64,000 bases of DNA from Bispira polyomma. Lineage: Eukaryota. Below, piece after piece: positions 11,401-23,400 of this stretch (position 1 is its first letter; every line of letters starts with the position of its first letter). Made by a program: the position numbers and the translations under genes. A model generated the notes under the pieces. That model made no database searches. It was not told the origin of the DNA and saw only the letters and a program-made list of their open reading frames with translations. Location of the stretch: NCBI GenBank assembly GCA_965649765.1, contig OZ287751.1, positions 24,056,001-24,120,000 of the forward strand, written 5' to 3'.

Positions 11401-14400
11401 TGATTAGACTTATAACTACTGACTTTCCTCAAACTGAGTTGCACATCCTACCCACAAGCACAAACATTCCATCCATCCCCACACAGATTTATATGATCAC
11501 TACTTAGTACTTACCATTCCACATCCTTTACAGTTGTTGACTTTCTTCAGACCCCCCTTACATATATAACACAGAGGCTGACCCTGGGGACTCTCGGGTC
11601 TGGGGGGGACTTTACCTATGTCTTCTTCCTGTAAATACACAGCAGTAAGTCTATGTTTTCATAGCAGCAATAGGCGATGGCAATCAAGTGATGGCCGACG
11701 GCAATTTTTATGTTTTCGCTACCCGGAGCACAAATGCTAAAAATTAATCGTATTAGTGTAAAAATTTAAAACCCTCATAACATATTTCTTATAAGTATAC
11801 TAACTGGACACGATGTATAGTAACTTTAAGTGAAATTGTTTCTATAATAGATAAGATACAAATTTGATTTTATGAACCAAATTAAACTCTGTATTTTTTT
11901 TGGTTTTTATTTTGTTTTTGTACTAAACCTCTTCAATTTTATGAAATTTTTTATCTGAACAAAATGTCCACTGCCAACTTGTTCAAATAAACATTGTTTC
12001 CGCTGTGTTTGACAAACTATGTGTACGTATTGTATTTAAAGTTCAAGCTGACATCACACAAAAACAACTGTATGCTGTAAGGATTCTCTGTACCAAATAC
12101 AAAATTGCTTTCAAACTTTAGTCCTCAAATATACCACTCTGAATATATCATTTGGGTTATTAATAAGGTCATAACTCCAAAGGTCGAAAGTCATACAACG
12201 GTAAGACTGTGATATACTTCCCATCTTCCAGGTATGAATATCCCCTTATTTCTGAGATATAGTTCAGATTAGGTATGACATGCCACACCATGAAGACAAG
12301 CAATTGATATTGTGTAAGTCATCACTGGATCTGAGAGAAATATGGTGTTTATTGTGTAAGTCATCACTGGCTCTGAGGGAAATATGGTCAAACACCAAGT
12401 CCCCATCACCCAGACAATGTGAACTGTTGTGTATCAGAGCATTATGCCTGTACACACTCATGATGAACACCATGATCATTTACCCTACAGTAACCAGCTA
12501 TAAATATATACAGTGGAACCCATATTATCCAAACATGTTTGGTGAACATTTTGCTAGGGTAATAGAAGGTTATGAATAAAAAGGGAATTTTAGTAGAACA
12601 CAACGGAAAAGTAAACATAAACTTGGGAGGTGGAAAATGTTTTCATGAAATTGAATGTTTGGAAAATAGAAGTTTTGAATTTCTACTGTATAAAAGTAAA
12701 ACGTACAGGTCTAAAGAATTGACACCTTTGAAAGTAATTGTAAGTAATACTCTTTGGTATTACTAAACAGAAGGCTGACATGCTATAAAATACCAACAAT
12801 AAGATATTATTAGATAAGAGTAGACTCCATACAAGCCAAATGTCCAATATGCAAAGGATTAGGATCTACTCATACCTAATTTCTACTTATGCCTAATTTA
12901 CAATTATCCTTGAATTACGGAACAGAGGGATAATTGGTTCTAGTCATAGAGTACTTCAACTTACACTGGTTCTAGTTACAGAGAAATCGACAGTATACAA
13001 CATTTCATCAGGGGTTTCAATTTAATGAACTACCCTACTAGTAAATGTGTGTGTTGGGACTGGTTTTTAAGGAGCATTATCTGAATGGAGACAAGTTAGC
13101 TTTATATTGACTGTTCTGCACATGGGGTGGGGTGGTGGTGGTGAAGGGGGTGCAGGGGTGTTGTGTGTGTGTGTGTGGGGGGAGGGGTCCCAGTTAACAT
13201 ACACCCACACATTTGCATCTACTTACTGGTATGGTTTTCTGTATAACAGACACAGGCTGAGAGAGAAGCTTTTTCTTAGTGTACTCGTCTACAGCAGCCT
13301 GCATGGTCTATAAATAGAAAAAAACAGAAAATAAAAATGTACAGTAGGAGTGTGGTATATACAGCCAACTTCTCACCACCCCACCACCCCTTTCCCTTGG
13401 TGAGTATACCAGAGGGGTTACTATGTGACAAAGCAAAATTTACCGTTTGCTATTCAATAAAGACCCCCGAGTTAATTATAGTCAATGCACACAACCTCCC
13501 CCTCCCACGCCCCTTGGAGAGTGTGTCAAAAGATATGAATGTCTGTGACGAGGCAAAAATACCATATTTAATGTAATAAAGGCCCCCAAATTAATTATAG
13601 CCATTGATCCCTCTTGAATTTGAATTTAGTTAGGTTTTATGTCACTATCAACAGCAAAGGTCACTTCACAATAGTCAGAGTTAATGGTCGACAGAACAAG
13701 GGATGAAGTTACTGTAAACCACTGTCCTACGGCAAGTAGCAAACCAACTATATGAAGGAACAAACAGGATTCAAACTCTTGGGAGAGGCCAGTGACTATG
13801 AAACAAACACATGATTGTTTAATATTATGTCACACCACTGTTATGTCACACCACTGCATATCAACATTTATTACAACGTCCCCTTTGGAAGAACTTTAAG
13901 CCCCCGGGATTTTATAACACAAATTTGGGTGAAACAGGGTGGATCTAGGAATTGTTTTTTACTTTTTAGTATTGTGGCACCTTGGTGGAGGTATGCACTC
14001 TACTGAGAGCTATTCTAGTTTACCATTCCCATGTAACCACTACACATGTTAATACATTGTCATCAAATGTTGTTAAAACAATGATTACAAATAACCAATA
14101 TAAAATATTCTCTGATTAAAATATATTTACATACATTTGATGTTCATGGGTATAATTTTGCACTTCGATAATTTTGGGGTATAGTGTTAAGTAGCTTACT
14201 GTAACTACATAATTTATTGCAAAAAGGTTCGATTTGTATAAAGAGTTTTTATCAATGAATTATTCACAACTACGGTATATTCCTAACTGAATATTAATAA
14301 GAGCCCTTTTATTAGAAACCTGACAAAATTACATTTAATTAGATCCAGACTTAAATTTTAAAGTTATTGATCTCTATTATATAAGAGCCATTTAATCCAA

Positions 14401-17400
14401 TTAAGAAAATCTAAACATTGTGACATCACACATATACACATAAAAACAGCAGTATGTCATAGTCGTACCTATATGGTTAAAAATGCGGAAAAAACAATAA
14501 AATAATATTTTAACTTTAAGTGAACCTAAACATAGTACAAAAGTATAAAAACAAAAACAGGCTTGTAAACGCCACAAGGGGCAGCAATTAAACTATTTAT
14601 GGTATGTATAGTAGCTCAGCTTATTGTACTAGAATAACTGAATTTATCTATGATTCATGATGCATATTATTTCTTATTTATAGGAATGCATGCAATCCAT
14701 ATGTGGCTTCTGACTTTTTTTGTCAGTAAAAGAGGTACTTAACTGGGAAGTTGACAATTTTATAAATAATACATATTTTAAATGTAACTGTTTTCTCTCC
14801 TAAAGCTTAGTCTTGTAGTTATTCAATGGTAACAATGTTTGATATTGTTATGACATAAGATGAACACAGACACGTCGGTAAGTGTATGATGTCTTTTATT
14901 AAGAAGATGGTGTGTTGATTTTATAAATTTGCACGAGCTCTCGCTCAGCAATATACCGAAAGTGCCGCCAGTTCGATTAACAACCAAAACTGTCCAAATA
15001 GACCTAAATAATGTAAACATTCACCACAAAAGGCTTTAAGACTTTTGGTAATGTACAATTAACCTCTGCCAAAGTGGTTGTGTTTTCACCTATGCTTGTT
15101 GGTTTGTTTGTCACTAGAATTATACATAACCTACTGCATCGAATTAGATAAAATTTAGTTTTAAAATATAACAAGGGCCACAGAAGAATCTATTAAATTT
15201 TGGAGTGAATATCTTTTGTATAAGGGCGGATCCATGTACTTTTGTCACGTTTTTGGCACTTTAGCACCTTGGCCGAGGTATGCGCTCTACTGTGTGCCCT
15301 TTTGGTTATTATACTAGATTGTGTAAATAACTATAAAAGTCCATTCCTTACCGACACCCAACAAAGCTTGTCTTCTAATGACCTGTAACAGGAACAAATA
15401 TTGATATAAACACAAGCCATATAAAATCTATACTTCTAAATCCTGCAATTTGAACGGTTTTCAAAATCATTTAAAAATAAGGTTTGAAAATAATAAGTTT
15501 GAAATAATAAGTTTCAAAAGATAGTAAATATTTTAAAAATAACAATGATACAATAACAGCACACTGTTTTCTATTTTTGTTAAAATATGCACACAAGCTT
15601 TGACTCATTTTCAGCATAGGCGATAAAGAATTAATTAAATTTGTAAATAATGAACATATTTACCTGCGACTAAAGTGATAAGCCTGTGTCCTCTTTGTAG
15701 TTTTGGATTGGTAACAAGATAAACTGGCTCTGTAAACTTGTACAAAACCAGGAGCCATTTCATTTAACCCATAAATTAATCACTATCATGCGTTTTTTAT
15801 TAATACCGCCACCCATTCCTATAAATTATCAATCTCTCCAAATACACTCACTCAAAAACATTTACCATAAATAAGTTGTTTTTTTCCGTTAATTTTAGAC
15901 TGTGGTGTAAAAAGATTTTACTGCATATTGCAATCCTACATAAAAAAAGTACTACTTTACTTACAAACAATGGAATTCAATAGCTCTGGTTTTGCTCTGC
16001 ACATAAAATGTGAAGGGAATGACTAAATTATCACTGTCATGAACCTGCAAAAAAGTAGGAAAAAAGAAGTAAAAAAAAGAGTAGAAAGAATAATAAAAAA
16101 AAGTCAGTCAGTCCAGATACAGAGGCTGCGTGAACAATGGCTAGGATATCCTGCCTCTGTATCACTCAACTGGCTCAAAACAGAAGCCATTATTTTTTAT
16201 CTAATAATTATATTTATTCTCTCTTTGTTACTATCATCACAGAACACAGCCACACAGCTGTTGTAACCATGACAATTACCATTTTAATGACGGATATTGT
16301 GTTTTTTTTTTATAAATATAAAACAAAGAACATTACCGCAGGCATGTTTTGTAAAAAATATATCTGGTTTGTAAAAGCTTATACTACACAAAAACTGCAT
16401 AGGTTTTATTTGACGTACCTGGATAGAGTAGAACCTCTATTATCCAGGTAACAGGTTGGGAGTGCAAGGTTTTTGTTCTAATATTAGATGGTTCAAAAAA
16501 ATGAAGAGCCATTTTAGTGGTTAGAGTGTTGATCTGATGATCAGAAGGTCATCCTTGGGCAAGATGTGAACCCAAGTTTGCCTAGTGGCTCGGATGACCA
16601 CTTAAAATGGCGGTAGTCCTCTGTCACTAAGTAATATTTCTAGTGGCAGATTAAAGATTCTTGAGGATGTTGATAACTGGACATCATCAAGCAAGCCTCA
16701 GCACCCATAGTGGCTGCTCATGAGGTAGTTCATTTGAAACGGCCCTGTGTTGTATAAGTGCGCTGTAAGAAATAACCGATTCATTTTCACTTTTCATTTC
16801 ATTTCAAACTTTGCATTTTGGAGAGTAAAAGAGTGTGATAAGATTGGATATACATGTATACAGATAATAGACGTTTGGTTAATACAGATGCTACGGTGCA
16901 CCTTCATATAATATAGTAGAACCTCTATTATATTATTCAAACATGATGGGAGAGCGAGGTTTTGTTTCTAACAATAAAAGATTAACAATATTTGAGAGGT
17001 CGTAATATATCAAATATATTAGAAGTTAGTATTATAGTGGGTACCACTGTAATTACTTTAAGTTGGAAGTTGTTTACCAATAAAGTGTATCTGAAATAAC
17101 CAAGGTCATCTATGACAATGTGCCTGAATTTGTAGGTCACCAATAAGACCACAGGGCACTATAATGAGGCTCATTTTAACTTCACTGTGGAAGTCTTTTT
17201 TTCCTTCTCAGTGTTTGTAAGGCCACCAGGTTTAACATTATAAACTAACAACTGCTAGTCATAAACTGAATGCTGTTTAGTCTGTGTTTCTACGCTAGTC
17301 ATAAACTGAATGCTGTTTAGTCTGTGTTTCCATGTAACAGATGACGGTAGCCATAAGTCCACAATGATTCAATCTCATTCTTTATTTTCATATAACATGA

Positions 17401-20400
17401 TCACTCCATCTACCCAGCACTGACAGCCAACACCCAATGCCAAACCGACTCTATCGGTCTAGGTGACAAAAGCAAAATCTGTCAACATTGACCTGTGTAC
17501 AAACCAGGGCCCATGGTCTCAAAAGGCGGACAAGCTTTAAAACTTAAGACTCAACTCACATGAAGGCTATATGTAATTCTTGTATATCAAAATCACCTAT
17601 ACTTGTGACCATTCATTTTAACAGACCTTTCAATGCTGAATTCAAATATGCAGACATATTTCATGTATCATCAGACACACTTATCGCTTTTAGGAAAAGA
17701 CTTAAAACCTTTCTTGCGACCTTGTTATGTCCATGGATCGTACGATTTAATCACTGATTCTGCTTTTGCACTTTAGAAGATGCCCAGCATCAATAAAGTG
17801 TGTTTAAAATGCATACCGAAATAATCCGCGGAAGCACCCGATCTCGTATTATCACCCACCCCCCAAAATGTGCCCAAAATCTTTTAAACACCCAATTTTA
17901 CACGCAAAAAAAATCCATACCACAAGTAATATATATATTAATTACCAAATAAAATCTACTTTCCCTTGTTTATTACATACATATTATATCATTTTAGTCC
18001 AGTGTTTATAACGTAAACAAACCACGTAGTTTTTGATATGACGCAGTTTACTGGTTTGCAGGCATCCTACATAATAACATCATAATGGCCAATGCTCACG
18101 TAATCGCCCACCTTCGGTTTCTCTCTAGTTTCGAATTACCTCCCAGTGGGCGCTTCCGCGGATGATTTCAGTAATAATAATAATAAATAATCTTCCCTCA
18201 AGCCAGAGATAGGAAGACCTTTAAGGTGGGCTTAAGTCTGACTTGAGTTTGAGACATAAAAAAAATATAATGTTTTATTTTGAACAAAGTTGGCTAATTC
18301 AAATCTCATCCTTGGATTATAGAGTATAATCTGGTGCCTAGTGTACGTTATCTGCAATTAGCTATCAGCAATCTGCTACATGGAAGCATGGGCTTAAAGT
18401 GAACTTCAGTGTGTGCAGTAAATGCCAACTCACTTGCATTTTGTCTACAGGGAGGGGGAACTTCAGCTTAAACTTTCCGCCAAGGCCTGAGGAAGTGCAG
18501 ATAAGCAGCATGTCGTCCATCTGAAAGTGTACAAATAATAGAAATAAAGAACACATCATGAAGAGTTTTGGAAAAAGATTAGTTACAGATTCAAAAGAAC
18601 AAATGATAACATACATCAATTAAAATAAAATGTATTAATAATAGAAACTCAATTATCCAGCTCCTATTATTTAACAATCAAATTTGACAAAAACATTTTG
18701 ATACTCTAAAATTTAAATATTATTATTGTGTTATACTAAAATGCCTGTTTTATTTCACAAACTTTCAATTATCTAAACAAAATATTGCTCTTTCAAATTT
18801 TTAGAAACTGTACATTTATTTCATTCCTATAACCCGTAAATCTCGCTTTTTACAGACAAAGCACCCATGTACCTCCTCTCCGAGTGTTCTATTTACCAGA
18901 AAGAGCTGTCGGTCCAGTTTTTTGCCTGTCTTTGCACAGATGGACTTGATCTTGCCTTCCTTGATGAGATCTCTGAGTGGGGAGACGATACTCATAGCAG
19001 AGGAGTCCAGTCTCTGTTGAACAGAACGCAGCCTCTTCATCCGTTCCTGTGTGAAAACAAGTGTGTAAAATAAGTCAAAACAAGTGTGTAAAACCAGCCA
19101 GAAGAAGTGTGTATAACCAGTCAAAATAAGTGTGTATAACCAGTCAGAACAAGCATATAAAACCTGTGTAAACCAGTCAAAAAGTGTATCAAAACAGTTG
19201 TCCAAAACAGTTGTCCAAAATAGCTGTGTCAATCAGTTAATACAAGTCAAAAAAGCCTGAACAAACCCACTTCAGTAAAACTCTGTTTAGTCAAACATCC
19301 AGTTTTAAGTCAGAAATGTAAAATGTTTTGGTCCTTATTAAACATTTTACACCTGATTTCCATCACATTCCACCATAGCTACCTAAGGTATTATGCTTCT
19401 TTTATTAAAGTACCTTATTGTATGTGAAGTACCTTGTCCAATTGTGCCATTCCCAGACCTCCGGCGAGGATCAATCCTGGGACCTGATGGTTTTTTTGGT
19501 CACTTTTATACAAATACCTTTGTCTATCTTTATTTTCACAAAAGTGTGGCTATTTTTCAACCAATCTCTGTCAAGGTTAGTACAACCAGTGTAAGTCGAA
19601 TTTAGGTATAATTTAGGTTTTGAGGTTCCAACATCAGAAAATGCAGTATTTTTATAGATATAACTAGAACCCAATCCTGTCCATAACTAAATTCTAATCC
19701 TGTGGATATTGGAGGTCCCAGTTATACAGAGTCTACTGTACATTCTATCGTTGGTAAAACAACAAAGACAAAAATTGTGACCTTGTGACTTTTTATAATG
19801 ATGGGTCTCCTGAGTATAATTTTGCATCAGCTGGGGATTCCACTAGTAACCAATGTGAACATTTAATGAAATGAGTAGTGTATTTTTTTTCACTGCCATA
19901 GCGTGGCCACACAAACCTCACAACAAAAGTTTCTATGACTTTTCCATGATCTATAAAATGTTTCCATGGTCTCGCTAGTGTTAATGACAATATTTGTTAT
20001 TACATCCTAAATTAGACTTTTTTAAAGAAACTTCTCCAGTTCCTGTGTTACTAGCCATTGCTCATTTTGGTCAGTTGGAAGCAAAGGTCAAATTTTGAGC
20101 TCGTTGAGAAAAAATAGACTGTTCCTAAATGTGTAAAAAAACAAACTCAGTGTGACACCATTGATTTCAACACTGGACCAGACCAGAGAATTGATTGTAT
20201 TTCTAGCTGGGTTACAACGATAAATTTAAGTTTCTAATGACCTTTAGATACAGATGTACCTGTATACAATATTGTATAACCCAGAACTCAATAGGAACTG
20301 CTTATAGTTGCTACCCTACACACAGTATCCCTGTAGTACTAGCTGTGTATGTGATAGATCATCACACTGATGCACCTACTGGCAACATTTTTTTAAATGC

Positions 20401-23400
20401 CAATACACTGTCTATCTCTTACTTACAAAAGATATCAGGTTTTTTGTTCAAAAACACCAGTTTTGATAATACAAGATTATACAAACATTGTTTAGATTCC
20501 ATCATTACTACAAGAATTACTACATTTCTCGGAGGTTCACCAGTTATATAATAACAGGATAAAACAATTTTTAGAATGAGGAAGACAAGTAACACTTGGT
20601 AAATTAAAAGTATAACCTTGTGTATAAATTGCTAAGGATTACATTATACAAGAAGTATGTTTTCCGTTATCTGAGGTTCCGAGTCTAATGGCTAATTCAC
20701 ACGGCACCAAAAATGGATATACAAATTCGTTGGTCCTTATAAATTCATGTGGGCTTTCACACTGCATTGAATCGGTATATTGATCCAGAAATTTTGGTAG
20801 GGATCAAATCTTTTTTATAATTTGAACACATTTGTTGAGGGAGACACACTGATCTTGCCAATCCATTAAAAATCTGCAGTAAATATGTTGTTAAAACATA
20901 AGTAAAAAGTGACGCATGTCAGTGCATGATTCAGACTGTGTCTGTATTGCGAGTAAATAAAATTTGGTTTTGTGTATATTGCCAAATTCCTTGATGAATC
21001 TGTATTCAATGCAGTGTAAAACAGCCATAATAGTTTAAAACAGGAGATATTAGAAGTACGACATAGTCAGAAGAGTATCAGAGATAGAGAAGCCTCATAT
21101 TCATTGTATGAACATCTCAAAAAGGCCAAAGTTAAAAGTTAGGTCAACCAGGGGCAATACTTCACTTTTTGATGTTATGATGTTTGACAAATATCAATAA
21201 TAAGGTTTGCTGAAGCACACTAGTTCTAAGTTGTAGAAACTAACATAAAAGTCAAAAGATCAAACTAAGGTCAGACATATAGGTTTGTGAAACAATACTT
21301 TGATGATTTGACACCTTATCTTAGTGCCAAGCTTCTAATAGCCCAGTCCCACCTACACATGCTATCGTCCCACAACGTAGCAAAGCAATATAACTAAAAA
21401 CATGGTCGTTTCGTATCAAAGTGACATCATTTCCAATAAGAGGGAGTCGATTGTGATGTCTTTGTGACGATATTGGTATTTGTACATACGAAGCGGGGGC
21501 AAATATCGATCACTTTACTGGTAAGATATCAATACCTTCTAATACGTAGATCTACTGTACTGCTACTTACTGGTGCATTCTGTTTTGTTCTGCTACTTAG
21601 TGAAACATTTTTTGAATAACGGAGACAAGTGTGAACAGTCTCACTACTTACTGCTACTTACGGCTACGTCAAGCTACTTTTACAGATGAGGGGAGACGTC
21701 CTCGAGAAACGGAGAGTTTTGCACGATTATTTCAAACAGTTTGAAACAATCGTGGTAGTGAACTAAATGGAGACGTTTCCGGAACCATATAATCCGTTAA
21801 ACAACGTCACGGAAAAAACGCACCAGGGATCCTCACTTTGCAATAACTTCTCCTACGTTTGTGCTAGGTTTTTAAACAATTTAAAACATCACACACACGT
21901 ACCTCCAGCACGTGTAGGTGTGACTGGACTATATGAGGCTCAGCATGACTCAAGCAGATTTACAACTCCTATCAATTTAAAATACGAATTTCCACTAGAA
22001 AGTGGCAATCTACCTCACTGTGCCAATAACAACATCCTAAAAGCCATTCATCCATATTTTTTTAATTACTTTTACAAATACTTAGGTTAAACTAGTATAG
22101 GTTAAAGGAATTAAAATAGTTAGAACTTAAACATCTTGTAACCCGGTCTTCATGTTTTGCAAAAAAAATGGATAATTTTTGGTAATAGTTTTACTAGGCT
22201 ATGCATTTAAAAAAACTGTACAATTTGGAACGAAATAAAACTGATGAATACTACTAGGATGCTATCCTGTAGTAAAAACTTACTGTTTTCCCCATTTCTC
22301 TTTCTAACTCGTTGCCGAGTTCACTTAGTGATGACAACACATCTGAAAAACATAAATAGATATATATACATATTAGATTGCGATATAATTCATAAATTTT
22401 ATTGCTCAATATGTATTTATTTTCTGTACTAATATCTGATTTTATAAATACCACTACCAGTTATTGCCTTATTGGATATTGACACCTATTTTAAACAAGG
22501 ACATTTCCACAACAAAGAGACCTACTACTACGTCATCTGATGCTGAATATTAAACACTTTGAGAAAAACATAATATAATGTAAACTTGCGTGAAACAAGC
22601 AGTCTTTTTAAAAAGATAAGCAACAAGCTTTAAATTGATCCATTAAGCACAAATAGTAAAATTATCATCTAATCTAATCTAATCATACTTTTATAGCGCT
22701 TAATCTTTGTACAACAAATTCTAAGGCGCAATAAACCCAAAACATTAATCGAAAATCAAAAATAGTGGGCGGATGGAAGTCGTAACCAGGAAAACTACCG
22801 GAATGGTTGCGACGGCTAAGGTGAAAATGCCTGTTCAAAAAGGTAGGCCTTCAGCTTACTCCTGAAAGAGGAGAAAGTTTTAGCCATGATCAGGTAAGCT
22901 GTTCCAAATGAGGGGGCTATCATGAGCTAGGCAGTGATTGAACTGAACTTTGGATTTGTGGATGCGAGGGTCGAAAGTGGGAATATTAAGGTATAATTTA
23001 TCAGGGTTACAGTGCCTTGTCCTGATTGAACATGTATATTTGGATAGATGGGGGCTAAAATAAGTGGGTAATCCAGAATTTAGAAATTTATGTATAATTG
23101 TTGCTGTTTTGAAAGCAACACAATTTTTTATTGAGAGCCAGTGCAGTGACTTGAGTACAGGTGTAATGTGGGAGAATTTAGAAGTTTTGGTCACAATACG
23201 TGCCAGTAAGTGTTAGATATTCTGAAGGCGTCTGAGACCACTACAAGATAAGGAATGGAACAGAGAGTTGCAGTAATCAAGCCTACTGCTGACTAAAGCA
23301 TTGGCAACAGTAATTGCAGTGGATTTGGAAAGATAACGTCGAATCTGCCTGAAATCACGGAGGCAAACAAAACATGATATACACACCGATGCAACATGGT

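Noticed and set aside
12264-12480. Box C/D snoRNA (GTGATGA…CTGA, minus strand 12325-12264) or coding exon with a 42-bp duplication
   Set aside because: No convincing terminal stem or recognisable rRNA guide; the acceptor read in phase 0 gives an immediate stop.
17078-17090. 13-nt microexon (tttcag|…|gtaaac)
   Set aside because: Phase 0 to 1 does not fit the flanking exons; the exon at 16044-15965 completes PH1 without it.
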